Of a DNA stretch of 64,000 bases, positions 1 to 9,849 are shown piece after piece. Positions within the stretch are counted from its first letter, which is position 1, and the number at the start of each line of letters is the position of its first letter. Source of the DNA: a virus; the IMG/VR virus record IMGVR_UViG_3300037104_000592, positions 18,377 through 82,376 of that record. The stretch is one strand, 5' to 3'. The notes beneath the pieces are model-generated. The model made no database searches. It saw only the letters and a list, made by a program, of their open reading frames with translations, and was not told the DNA's origin. The position numbers and the translations under genes are program-made.

Positions 1-1
1 T

Positions 2-3000
2 GCAGATGAATTAATTCCAAAAAAAGATGTTGTAGACACAACTGATGATTTAGTTGTAAAGTCATATAATGTTAAATCTGCTGTAGGTAATAAAGCTCCA
101 GATCATTTATTTATAAAAAGACAAATGGATTTTAAAACAAATCTAAAGCATGATATGACTAATTCATTTAAGACATTAGAAACTAAAGAGATTCCATTAA
201 AAATTGAAAAAATGGAAATTACAGATAAACCACTTAAAAAGAATGAAATAATGAAATCAGATTTAAGTTTAGTTAAGGTTTCATTAAAAGATGAATTTGG
301 AAAAAAACATAATGTAACAATTGAAATTCCAAAAATTGATCCTAATTCAGGAACGTTTAGAGTAAATGGGAGGACCAAGTGCTTAGTTAATCAAATAGTA
401 TTATGTCCAATAACATTTTTAAAACCATATGACTCAAAATTTGAAAGTTCATATTCTACGTTTCATATTAGAAGTAAACGAACAAAGAGAATGAATTATT
501 TAGAAATTTATATGGGTTCTTTCAAAAATTTACCTTTATTAATATTGTTAACATATAGTTTTGGATTTGATGAAACAATGAAACAATATGATATAAAGTA
601 TGAAATAAAAACAGAAAAACCAAAAAAGACTGAAAAGTTTGCATGTAAAATAAATGCAACCGAATATATTTACTTTGAAAATATTAATACAGAACTAAAA
701 CAAGAATTGATTACATCATTTATAAATGAAGGTATAGATAAATATGATATAAAACATAAATTTGGAACTAAAGAATATTTAAATGATTTGATTATAAAAA
801 TCACTGGAAGAGTTAATTCTACATTTCTTTTAAATGCAAACCTTGAAAATATTATTGACCCAGTTGCAAAACAAGTTTTAATAAATAAAGGACTTCCTCA
901 TGAGTTGAAATATATAATGCAATATATGGCTACCAAAGTTGTATCAGGTTTTTCTGAAAGTAGAAATGATTTAACAAATCAAAGAATTAGAGGATCAGAA
1001 GTAATAGTTAATTTAGCTCAAAAACAAATTTTATCTGCATATACTGTATATAAAGAACAGGTTTTAGCAGGTAATAAAAATGCAGAATTTTTAGTTAATC
1101 CAACAAAAGTTTTGAGTGCATTTTTAAATTCAGAAATTGTTGTTGATATGGAATATGCAAACCCAATTGAAGAAATGGCGGTTATGACTAGAATATCTCC
1201 AGTTGGAAAATCTATTGGTGGTATTGCAAATGCAAATGCAATTCAATCAAGCGCTAGAAATGTAAGTCCATCTTATTTTGGGAATATTGATCCTCTTGAT
1301 ACACCAGAAGGACCAAATGTTGGAATAACTCAACAATTAGCTTTAGGAGCAATGGTATCATCTTCAAGAGGATTATTTACTACTAAAAAAATATCAAATG
1401 AAGAAGGATCTGGAATTTTATCTACTTCTACTTGTATGATTCCATTTATTGAAAATAATGATGGAAATAGAATTCAATTTGCAGCTAATCAATCGAGACA
1501 AATGTTACCATTAAAAAACCCTCAACCTCCAGTTATAAGATCTGGGTATGAATCTGTTTTAACGAATGTCTTATCTGATAATTTTATTAAAAAAGTTCCT
1601 GAGAGATCTAAAGTTTTATCAGTAACAAGTGACCATATAATATTAGTTGGAAAATCAGGAAAAAAATATGATATTAATTTAACTCCTATTCATTTAAGAT
1701 CTGGAACTGGTCGAGATACTTTAAGTATTTTTAAAACTAAAGTTGTTAAAGGTCAAATTGTAAATGAAGGACAAATTTTAGCAGAAGGAAGTTGTATAAA
1801 AGATGGAGCAATTTCTTTAGGTAGAACTTTATGTGTTGGGTATATGCCCTATAAAGGATATAATTTTGAAGATGGAATTATTATAAATGAAAAATTAGCA
1901 ACAAATGATATGTTAACATCTTTGCATGGGTTAGAAGAAGAAGTTTTAATTTCTGAAAAAGATAGAGTTTTATTTATAGCAAATATTGGAGATAGACTTA
2001 AAAAAGGAGAACCATTACTAAGAAAAACTATTGGAGAAATTGAGCAATTAATTGGATTTGAAGATATTGAAGATGATACAACATCAGTATATGGTCAGGA
2101 TTTAATTAAGACGAGTCCAGGTGGTCTTATTGTTGATCTTGAAGTTTTTTGTAATGTTAGTGATGAAAAATTTCCAAAATTAAAATTTTATATTGATAGA
2201 ACAAGAAAAAGATATGGTGTTTCTGCAGATCAAAAATTTGTAGTAAAGGGAGTATCTATAAAAGGAGCTCTTGTAAGATTTAAAATAGAACAAGAATTAA
2301 AAATTGAAACTGGAGATAAATTAACTAATAGATTTGGAGCTAAAGGAATCATTACATTAATAGAAAAAGATGATTTAATGCCAAGAACTCCGTGGGGAGA
2401 TAGATTAGATGTTATATTAAATCCTTTGGGAATTATTGGTAGAATGAATCTTGGACAATTATATGAGTTATATTGTGGATTAATTTCTAGAGCTTTAGTT
2501 ATTAAATTACTTTCTTCTAAAAATAAAAAGCAAGCGCTAGATGTAATGACAAATGTTTTATCAAAATTAGATACATCTAAAAATAAAGAATATACAAATA
2601 AAATGGTTGGATCTATTGCAAAATTAAGCGATAGACAATTTTCATTATTAATTACTCAGATAAAAGATAGTGGTTTTATTCCTATTATAATTCCACCATT
2701 TAAAGCTCCCAAACCTAATCAAATAATGGAAGCTTTAAAAATGTTAGATTTGAAACCAGGATACCATTTGTATCTTCCTGAGTTTGGAATTAAAACACAC
2801 GATGCAGTTCCTGTTGGATATATGTATGTTTCAAAACTAGAACATATTGGAGAGATGAAAATACATGGTAGATCAACTGGACCTGTTGTTGGAAAAACAT
2901 CACAACCAACACAAGGAAAAAGTAGAGAAGGTGGTCAGAGATTAGGAGAGTCAGATGTTCATGTTTTAATTGGATATAATTGCCCAAAACTATTATCAGA

Positions 3001-3157
3001 ATTAATGGGACCATTGTCTGACGATACTATTAGTAAAAATGAAATGATTTCTGATATAATTCAAACAGGAGAAACAACCTTCAGAGTTCCTAAAATTTCT
3101 CCTGCTAAAGATTTATTAAACGCATATTTTATTTCGTTAATGTTGGAGAATAAATAG
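2..3157 (+). CDS. rpoB: DNA-directed RNA polymerase beta subunit-like, copy 1 (5'-truncated by window edge)
   Basis: Beta motifs GNIDPLDTPEGPNVG, IPFIENNDGNR..ANQSRQ, GYNFEDGI, GDKLTNRFGAKG, DVILNPLGIIGRMNLGQ, KLEH..KIHGRSTGP, GGQRLGE. Frame is open from base 2 (ADELIPKK...), so the true start lies upstream of the ATG at 125. Confidence 0.93.
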   Translation, partial: ADELIPKKDVVDTTDDLVVKSYNVKSAVGNKAPDHLFIKRQMDFKTNLKHDMTNSFKTLETKEIPLKIEKMEITDKPLKKNEIMKSDLSLVKVSLKDEFGKKHNVTIEIPKIDPNSGTFRVNGRTKCLVNQIVLCPITFLKPYDSKFESSYSTFHIRSKRTKRMNYLEIYMGSFKNLPLLILLTYSFGFDETMKQYDIKYEIKTEKPKKTEKFACKINATEYIYFENINTELKQELITSFINEGIDKYDIKHKFGTKEYLNDLIIKITGRVNSTFLLNANLENIIDPVAKQVLINKGLPHELKYIMQYMATKVVSGFSESRNDLTNQRIRGSEVIVNLAQKQILSAYTVYKEQVLAGNKNAEFLVNPTKVLSAFLNSEIVVDMEYANPIEEMAVMTRISPVGKSIGGIANANAIQSSARNVSPSYFGNIDPLDTPEGPNVGITQQLALGAMVSSSRGLFTTKKISNEEGSGILSTSTCMIPFIENNDGNRIQFAANQSRQMLPLKNPQPPVIRSGYESVLTNVLSDNFIKKVPERSKVLSVTSDHIILVGKSGKKYDINLTPIHLRSGTGRDTLSIFKTKVVKGQIVNEGQILAEGSCIKDGAISLGRTLCVGYMPYKGYNFEDGIIINEKLATNDMLTSLHGLEEEVLISEKDRVLFIANIGDRLKKGEPLLRKTIGEIEQLIGFEDIEDDTTSVYGQDLIKTSPGGLIVDLEVFCNVSDEKFPKLKFYIDRTRKRYGVSADQKFVVKGVSIKGALVRFKIEQELKIETGDKLTNRFGAKGIITLIEKDDLMPRTPWGDRLDVILNPLGIIGRMNLGQLYELYCGLISRALVIKLLSSKNKKQALDVMTNVLSKLDTSKNKEYTNKMVGSIAKLSDRQFSLLITQIKDSGFIPIIIPPFKAPKPNQIMEALKMLDLKPGYHLYLPEFGIKTHDAVPVGYMYVSKLEHIGEMKIHGRSTGPVVGKTSQPTQGKSREGGQRLGESDVHVLIGYNCPKLLSELMGPLSDDTISKNEMISDIIQTGETTFRVPKISPAKDLLNAYFISLMLENK

Positions 3158-3190
3158 CGTGTAAAAACTGTTTTATATAGGAGATTAAAG

Positions 3191-3364
3191 ATGAAAACAA
3201 TTCTCGATGAAATGAAAAATAATGCTTTAATTTCTGCATATGAAATGGTTGTAGGAAAAGATACACAAAATGATGTAAAGAAAAAAGAAGATGTTTTTAA
3301 ATTTTTAACAATATTATATCCAAAAGAAATGACTAAAATAATAAAGGAAGAAGATGGAAAATAA
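3191..3364 (+). CDS. small hypothetical protein (57 aa, not in ORF track)
   Basis: AGGAGA RBS then ATG; MKTILDEMKNN...EEDGK; overlaps next gene. Confidence 0.6.
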   Translation: MKTILDEMKNNALISAYEMVVGKDTQNDVKKKEDVFKFLTILYPKEMTKIIKEEDGK

Positions 3365-3962
3365 ATCACTTAAAGTATTATTTGCTTATTCAGAACCATT
3401 ACCAGAAATGGAAGATGAGTATGATGGAGTTGATGAATTAATAGATGATGCTGAAATGAGATCTACTCTTATAGATTTAATTACATCAATTGGATCTGAA
3501 GAATTTGAACATATATATAATCTTTTTATAAATGAGATAAGAAATTTTGATATCTCATATCAAATAGCATTATGTAATGAAATTATGAAAAAAATAGAGG
3601 AAATATATAACTTTGAATTTTTAGGAAAAATTACATTACATACTCAATCTGACTGTGAAGATATTTATAAATTTTTAAACTTTTTAGAGTTTGATAATAT
3701 TGATTTTTTTGTAGACTTATTATATGGGATAGTTGAAGACTTAAGAAATGAGCCAATTAGAATAATTATAGAAAACAATTGGTTAATGATTGAAAGTAGA
3801 ATCTTAAAAGAGAACTTATCACAGTTGGTTATGTTATTTTTGAGAACAAATAATAAAGATGAGTTGATAGACTTCTTTGTATCAAAAATAACTAAAAATA
3901 AAGCAATAATCACTATGAAATTATTTGAAAGGAGAATAGAAAATGGCGAGAGTAACAATTAG
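3354..3962 (+). CDS. hypothetical acidic helical protein
   Basis: 202-aa ORF in operon with beta copy 1. Confidence 0.7.
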   Translation: MENKSLKVLFAYSEPLPEMEDEYDGVDELIDDAEMRSTLIDLITSIGSEEFEHIYNLFINEIRNFDISYQIALCNEIMKKIEEIYNFEFLGKITLHTQSDCEDIYKFLNFLEFDNIDFFVDLLYGIVEDLRNEPIRIIIENNWLMIESRILKENLSQLVMLFLRTNNKDELIDFFVSKITKNKAIITMKLFERRIENGESNN

Positions 3963-4197
3963 AAAAGGAAACATGGCTTTAGTGGATATGGATAGGTCAG
4001 ATCTTATTGATGTGAATCCATCACATGATGGTGTTGTTTTTACGTTTAAAAATAATGCTTATCTTTATTTTACAGATCAGAATCTTCCAACGGCAGTAAA
4101 GGAAGTTATGAAGAATACTGCTAACAATTTTCCACTCGCGACTTTAGATTTTGATGTTGGAAATTATAAGAAACCAGTTACAGCAGAGATTAAATAA
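3943..4197 (+). CDS. hypothetical protein
   Basis: AGGAGA RBS, 84 aa. Confidence 0.7.
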   Translation: MARVTIRKGNMALVDMDRSDLIDVNPSHDGVVFTFKNNAYLYFTDQNLPTAVKEVMKNTANNFPLATLDFDVGNYKKPVTAEIK

Positions 4198-4212
4198 ATT
4201 CATTATAAAAAC

Positions 4213-4240
4213 TTGATCTATATATATTAATTAGTATAAG
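4213..4240 (+). promoter_or_regulatory. possible sigma70-like promoter (TTGATC-N16-TATAAG)
   Basis: Hexamer pair at the start of the largest intergenic region; chance matches are likely in AT-rich DNA. Confidence 0.25.
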
Positions 4241-4273
4241 AGTAAGATTTATATTATAATTTCGCTTTACTGT

Positions 4274-4323
4274 TGAGCATCTATGAATCTTTAAAGTGGC
4301 TTCATAGATGCTCACTTATTTTT
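4274..4323 (+). terminator. 14-bp perfect hairpin with T-rich tail
   Basis: tgagcatctatgaa ... ttcatagatgctca followed by cttattttt. Confidence 0.6.
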
Positions 4324-4440
4324 AACTAAAATTTAACTACTTTTTAAAGGATTTTTATGTTTTTTAATTTAACTAATTTTTTAAAAAAGGAGGTATGAAT
4401 ATTTTACGTCAAATTGATAAAGAGAGGGGGGTGTAAAAGG

Positions 4441-4590
4441 TTGTTTGAAGTAGAAGTAAAAAAAGAAGATCCAGAACACACAAAAAAAGTAAGAAGAAGA
4501 ATTGAAGAAAAAATAAGACATTTTAATGGGGAAAAAATTGAAGCATTAGCTGTAGTTCTCGATGTTGATACCAACACGGAGAAGAAGTAA
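4441..4590 (+). CDS. small basic protein (49 aa, TTG start, not in ORF track)
   Basis: GAGGGGGG RBS; MFEVEVKKEDPEHTKKVRRRIEEKIRHF... Confidence 0.5.
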   Translation: MFEVEVKKEDPEHTKKVRRRIEEKIRHFNGEKIEALAVVLDVDTNTEKK

Positions 4591-4621
4591 ATTATTTATT
4601 TTGCAATAATATTATCTATCG

Positions 4622-4709
4622 CAGCAACCTGTTTACTATTAGGTGCATTGATCGGATATATTCGATTAATTCGCTTAATAGTAAACAGGTTGCTGATTAA
4701 TTATTTTTT
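4622..4709 (+). terminator. 20-bp perfect inverted repeat / long hairpin with T tail
   Basis: cagcaacctgtttactatta ... taatagtaaacaggttgctg then attaattattttttg. Confidence 0.6.
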
Positions 4710-4747
4710 GGTTTTTTGTCATTAAAATATTTAATTAAGGAGGAAGA

Positions 4748-5335
4748 ATGAGAGTTATATCTGTTGAAAAAATTATTGAGAACTTAAATGTACATGTTTA
4801 TCCTATTACTATTGTTAAATTTCTTTTAAATAAAAGAAGAATTTTATCTTATTTCGAAAAAGCTGCTTCTAATGATTTTGAAATAAGAGGAGTAAAGTAT
4901 AAACTTGATAATTCTGATTGTGTAATTTGTAATGAGAAAAAGAATGAAGAAGTTTCATGCAGACAGCATACTTCAATAAATAGAGTATTAGAGTCAGACA
5001 ATGTAATGTTTGATTTGGATACAAATACCTATTTTTATAAAAATGAAATTTTTAGAATTGTTGGAGATAAAGTAGTTATTGTATATTGTCCACATCCAAA
5101 ATTAATTACTTCTCCAATAACAGATATTAAAGTTCGAAAGATAAACCCAATAACAGTTGAAGATCCAGAGCTTTTAAAGAAAATGTCTGAATCTAAATTA
5201 AATAAAGTTAGTGATTTTATTTCAAGTAAATTTTTAGATCAATATATGAAATGTTGGTTTAATGATGAATTCTCAATCGTTACAATTCCTGAAGATAGGA
5301 ACTTTTCAAATTTTTGCTTAGTACCAAATAGATAA
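4748..5335 (+). CDS. hypothetical protein with possible Zn site
   Basis: AAGGAGG RBS; CxxC...CxxH. Confidence 0.7.
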   Translation: MRVISVEKIIENLNVHVYPITIVKFLLNKRRILSYFEKAASNDFEIRGVKYKLDNSDCVICNEKKNEEVSCRQHTSINRVLESDNVMFDLDTNTYFYKNEIFRIVGDKVVIVYCPHPKLITSPITDIKVRKINPITVEDPELLKKMSESKLNKVSDFISSKFLDQYMKCWFNDEFSIVTIPEDRNFSNFCLVPNR

Positions 5336-5376
5336 AAATTTTAAAAATTTTAAATAAACAAAGGAGAATTAAACAA

Positions 5377-6273
5377 ATGGAAATTAGTGATTATTCAGAA
5401 TTATCAGGGATGGCTTTTGAAGCCAAAGAACAAATAGCACCAGAAGATGAGTTTTTTCACTCAGTTTATATTTCTGGACAAACAAGAAAGAACCATATTG
5501 GAATTACAGAACAGGTTGGTAAACTTCAAATTAGAGGGGTAGATTATAACCTTGATGAAGTTTTTGGAATTATTACTCATATTAAATCAGTTTTGGTCAA
5601 ATCTGTTCAAAAACAAAACAGAGAAAGTACTGAATGTTTTTCTTGGTGTCAAGGAGCAGCACCATGGAAAAGTAGTACGGGAAGAATGTGTGGAAAAAAT
5701 GCTGCAGAAAGAGCATCTGTAGACTATTGTAGTGGTTGCAGATCTCAAATTATTGTAGCAATGATTAGATGTAATCCAGATGGATCTTTATTTTTGAGTG
5801 AAAATAAAAAACCTATTTTTATTTTCATTAGAGGAAAAGGAACTAAATATTCAAATGTATCTGAATATTTAAATAATCTTTCAAAATTAGATTTAGATCC
5901 TATTTTTACACCAGCAACTCCTGAATCTCTAAAATTTGAAAAGTCTACTGTTAATCATAAGAGATTTATAACAAAAATTAAAGTTGGATTTACTCCGACT
6001 AAATTTGGAAATAAATCTGTGTATGAACTTGAAAAACTTTCTGAACTTCAAAAGCAACAAGTTCCTTCATTGCTAAAAGCAGCTAAAAATACAGTAACTA
6101 AATTTAATGAAAAGTTTGATTGGTCTCTTAAAGCTGGTGCAAAAACTACTGGATATTCAAATGTACCTGAAGCAGAATCTTTTGGAGAAATTGGAAACGA
6201 CTCTGTTAAAACGGAATCTAAAAAAGAAGATCCAAAACCACAAAGCTTTAATTTTGATGATGTTGATTTTTAA
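5377..6273 (+). CDS. putative single-stranded DNA-binding / recombination protein
   Basis: Beta-rich with Cys cluster, and acidic/aromatic C-terminal tail (SFNFDDVDF) typical of phage SSBs. Confidence 0.45.
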   Translation: MEISDYSELSGMAFEAKEQIAPEDEFFHSVYISGQTRKNHIGITEQVGKLQIRGVDYNLDEVFGIITHIKSVLVKSVQKQNRESTECFSWCQGAAPWKSSTGRMCGKNAAERASVDYCSGCRSQIIVAMIRCNPDGSLFLSENKKPIFIFIRGKGTKYSNVSEYLNNLSKLDLDPIFTPATPESLKFEKSTVNHKRFITKIKVGFTPTKFGNKSVYELEKLSELQKQQVPSLLKAAKNTVTKFNEKFDWSLKAGAKTTGYSNVPEAESFGEIGNDSVKTESKKEDPKPQSFNFDDVDF

Positions 6274-6355
6274 TTAAAAGTAATATTGACCAAGAATTTG
6301 GTATTTATAGAAAGTTCAATTCTTTCCTTGGTCAACATATTTGGAGAATACAAAA

Positions 6356-7255
6356 ATGTCTAAATATAATTTATGTGATTATGGGTGTGGTAAACCAGCA
6401 AAGCATAGATTTAAGAATGGTAAATGGTGCTGTGAGGATTTTTTTACAAAATGTTCGAATTTTAAACCTAAAATTAAACGTTCTGGAAAAGATCATGGAA
6501 TGTTTAATAAACATCATACTCAAGAAGTTAAAGATAGAAATAGAGAAATTACAAATAATTTTACCTTATTTGAAAATCTTGAAAATATATTATGCGATTA
6601 TGGTTGTGGGAAAGAAGCAAAATATATTTTGAATAATGGAAAATATTGTTGTAATGGATATACAGTCCAATGTACAAATATTATAAAACGAACAATAGTT
6701 GGAGGATTTAAAAACAAACTTACTTTTGATAAATACAAATTGAAGCACCCAAAACTTTTTGAGGTTGAAGAGATAAGAGAAAATAATGGAATTATTGAAG
6801 TTAAATGTAAATTTTGTAGAAAATGGTTTAATCCAAAATATGAACAATTGAGAGCAAGAATTGGTTGTATAGAAAATAAAATTAGAAAAGAGAATTGCTA
6901 TTTCTTTTGTTCTGAAAACTGTAAAATAAAATCCCCTGATTATTTAAGTGGATTAAGAAAAGATCCTGTTGAAGTAAAAAATTTGAATAGTTATAGAGAA
7001 GAAGTTATTAGATTAACAGGAATTACTACAAGAAAGAATAAAAATAAAATAAAATTTATAGAGTTAAGAGGTAAAAAATTTAAAAAAGCTCTTGATCATA
7101 AATTTTCAGTAATTGATGGTTTTAAAAATAATGTTGATCCAAAAATAATGGCTAATATAAATAATTTAGAAATAATAGATGAATCTTTAAATAATTATAA
7201 AAGAGGAAAATCTTCAATAACATTAGAAGAATTATTAAAAACTTATGAAGAATAG
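6356..7255 (+). CDS. free-standing homing endonuclease (HNH-like C-terminus, two Cys-rich N-terminal repeats)
   Basis: LDHKFSVIDGF..N..NLEII...N..K nuclease-like C-terminus; two CDYGCG..A....NGK(W/Y)CC repeats; NUMOD3-like HGMFNKHHTQEVK. Confidence 0.7.
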   Translation: MSKYNLCDYGCGKPAKHRFKNGKWCCEDFFTKCSNFKPKIKRSGKDHGMFNKHHTQEVKDRNREITNNFTLFENLENILCDYGCGKEAKYILNNGKYCCNGYTVQCTNIIKRTIVGGFKNKLTFDKYKLKHPKLFEVEEIRENNGIIEVKCKFCRKWFNPKYEQLRARIGCIENKIRKENCYFFCSENCKIKSPDYLSGLRKDPVEVKNLNSYREEVIRLTGITTRKNKNKIKFIELRGKKFKKALDHKFSVIDGFKNNVDPKIMANINNLEIIDESLNNYKRGKSSITLEELLKTYEE

Positions 7256-7270
7256 CGAGAAATTAATCAT

Positions 7271-8497
7271 ATGTCAAAAACAACTGAAGAAGCGAAGCAT
7301 TTTGAAAGATTAGATATATCAATTCTTAGTATTGGTAAAATTAAAAATCTTATAAAACAAAATATTAAAAATAATTTAAGGTGCTTAGATAATGGAGTGG
7401 ATTTAGAACGAATAACTATCCACATAATTGGTCCTGCTGGTGTTGGAAAAACTTTTTGCATGAAACAAATTGCTGATGAATTATCTAAAGAATTAGGAGT
7501 AAATTTTCAATGTACTATAATTAAAGCGCCAGTAATAAGTAGAGATGATTTACTTTGCCCATTTCCTGAAATAAATAATGGGTCAACTAAATTTAAAATG
7601 TTATATTCAGATTTTATTCCCACAGATAAAGATAGTTATGGATTATTTGTAATTGATGAATTTGAAAGAGGAGACACACAACTGAAACAACTTTGCTGGC
7701 AAATTCAAAATGAACAGAAAATTCATGTATATGATTTTCCTCGTAGATGGTTTGTGTTATCACTTGATAATCCAGATGATTCAGAATATTCTATGGACTA
7801 TCTAAGTGATGCAGCTGGATTAAGAAGAATGTTACATATTTATACAGATGTCTCAGTTCCCGATTTTCTATCATATGCTGTTTCTAATAATTTTCATCCA
7901 TATGTAATAGAATTTATTCAGGTTCATCCAGAATATCTATATGATTTTACCAGTCAGAAACTTGGTAGAATTTTTTCAAATCCAGCATCTTGGCATAAGG
8001 TAAGCAATATTTTATGGGGTTATGGAACTGAAAATGAAATATTTAAAAATTTTAATGATATTGATGCACAATGTTCTGGACTTTTGAATAATTCAATGAC
8101 TAGATTATTTACTGATTTTATGAAAAATAAAGACAATGATATTAGACCAAAAGATATTGTTAATAATTATAAAGATGAACGAAAGAAAATTAAGACACTG
8201 ATTGAAGAATCAAATAATACAAAAATTGGACAAATAATGCAATCATTTTTGACATATCTTTCTACTTCAAAACCTGATATAAATTCAAAAGAATTACAAA
8301 ATATTTCCAGATTTCTCCTTGATGTTCCAGCAGATATTGGGGCAACTTATTTTACAATGGTAAAAGAAATAAAAGAGAGAGATGAATCAGCATTTAAATA
8401 TTTAACTAAAATTCAAATGGATTTAATGAAAGATGATGAATATAGAACTAAGTTTTATGAAGCAATGGTTGATATGTCTAAAAGGTCAAGGAGCTAA
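7271..8497 (+). CDS. MoxR-type AAA+ ATPase
   Basis: Walker A GPAGVGKT, Walker B LFVIDE, sensor N (DNP), arginine finger LRR; precedes vWA gene. Confidence 0.85.
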   Translation: MSKTTEEAKHFERLDISILSIGKIKNLIKQNIKNNLRCLDNGVDLERITIHIIGPAGVGKTFCMKQIADELSKELGVNFQCTIIKAPVISRDDLLCPFPEINNGSTKFKMLYSDFIPTDKDSYGLFVIDEFERGDTQLKQLCWQIQNEQKIHVYDFPRRWFVLSLDNPDDSEYSMDYLSDAAGLRRMLHIYTDVSVPDFLSYAVSNNFHPYVIEFIQVHPEYLYDFTSQKLGRIFSNPASWHKVSNILWGYGTENEIFKNFNDIDAQCSGLLNNSMTRLFTDFMKNKDNDIRPKDIVNNYKDERKKIKTLIEESNNTKIGQIMQSFLTYLSTSKPDINSKELQNISRFLLDVPADIGATYFTMVKEIKERDESAFKYLTKIQMDLMKDDEYRTKFYEAMVDMSKRSRS

Positions 8498-8499
8498 GA

Positions 8500-9849
8500 A
8501 TGACTCCATTAGAGACAGGACAAGTAACTGTAAGTCCAGCAGAAAAAATTAAAGATATTATAGGACAATTAGTTCTAAGAGATTCCTTTTGGGGATATCT
8601 ATTTTCAAGAGTTGGAAAAATAGAAGATGAAAGTTTTCCTTCTGTTGCAGGAATTGGCGCCTTAAAAGATGGAATGCTTTATCTGTTTTATAATCCAATT
8701 ATGGTTTCAAAAATGAATGATAAAGATATTGAAGTTGTTTTATCTCATGAAGGAATCCATATCTTAAATAAACATATAAGTAGATTAATAAAAATATGGG
8801 CAGATGAAACTATAGAATCTGAAAAACAAAAGAAAATGTTAGTTTGGAATTTTGCAACTGATTTTAATGCAAATGCTATGATTAATGCACCTGATAAACT
8901 AATGGTTGGTGATAAAGAAATAAAATTATTAAAAGCTAAAGATTATAAATTAAAAGATGGTGAAACATCTGAATTCTATTATTATAAACTATTAGAAGAA
9001 TATGAGAAGCAAAAGAAAAATTTTGATAAAAGTGGATCTGGATCTTCTCATGAAAAATGGTTAATAGAAAAAGAAGGTCAGGGATCAGGAAGTGAAACAG
9101 GAGTAGGTCATGGAAAATGGACTAGTGATATAAAAGAAGTTTCAGATTTATATTCATTTGCAAGAAGAGTTGAGCAATCAACAAAAGAGATGGTTTTTAA
9201 ATCATCTAAAGCTGTTAGAAACAGAGGGACTCTACCTGGTAATTTACAAGAATTAATTAATCAATGTTTGAAGCCACCAGAAGTTCCTTATTATCAAATA
9301 ATTAAAAAATTGGTTAGAGGGTCAAGACTTGCTAAATATAAAATGGCATATACAAAAATAAATAGAAAAAGAACCTATTTATTTTTAACAGGAGAAAAGA
9401 AAGGATTACCTCAAATTTCTCCTTTCCCAGGTAAGACTAAAGATACGACTTTTAATATTTCATTAATATCTGATACATCTGGAAGTATGTCACAAGAGGA
9501 TATTTTAGAGTCTTTAAAAGGATTGAAAAGTATTATTGAAAGTGATAGATATTGTGTTACAACTGTAATTCAATGTGATACTGATGTTCGTAAAGAATAT
9601 ACAGTTAAAAGAGTAAAAGATATTGATTTTGAAATAAAAGGAAGAGGCGGAACAACTCTAGCACCTGGTTTATTTAGAGCTAAAGAATTAGATACAGATG
9701 TTAGTCTTGTTTTTACAGATGGATATTGTGATAATATAAATCAAATTGAAAGGAAGTTATTACCTAAAAAAATAATTTGGGTTCTAACTCCAGATGGTAA
9801 TAAAAATACTATTGATAAAACGGGATATATAGTAAGGATACCTAAATGA
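8500..9849 (+). CDS. metallopeptidase-like + vWA domain protein (DUF2201-type)
   Basis: HEGIH (HExxH), WNFATD..N, MIDAS DTSGS, GRGGTT, FTDG. Confidence 0.85.
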   Translation: MTPLETGQVTVSPAEKIKDIIGQLVLRDSFWGYLFSRVGKIEDESFPSVAGIGALKDGMLYLFYNPIMVSKMNDKDIEVVLSHEGIHILNKHISRLIKIWADETIESEKQKKMLVWNFATDFNANAMINAPDKLMVGDKEIKLLKAKDYKLKDGETSEFYYYKLLEEYEKQKKNFDKSGSGSSHEKWLIEKEGQGSGSETGVGHGKWTSDIKEVSDLYSFARRVEQSTKEMVFKSSKAVRNRGTLPGNLQELINQCLKPPEVPYYQIIKKLVRGSRLAKYKMAYTKINRKRTYLFLTGEKKGLPQISPFPGKTKDTTFNISLISDTSGSMSQEDILESLKGLKSIIESDRYCVTTVIQCDTDVRKEYTVKRVKDIDFEIKGRGGTTLAPGLFRAKELDTDVSLVFTDGYCDNINQIERKLLPKKIIWVLTPDGNKNTIDKTGYIVRIPK

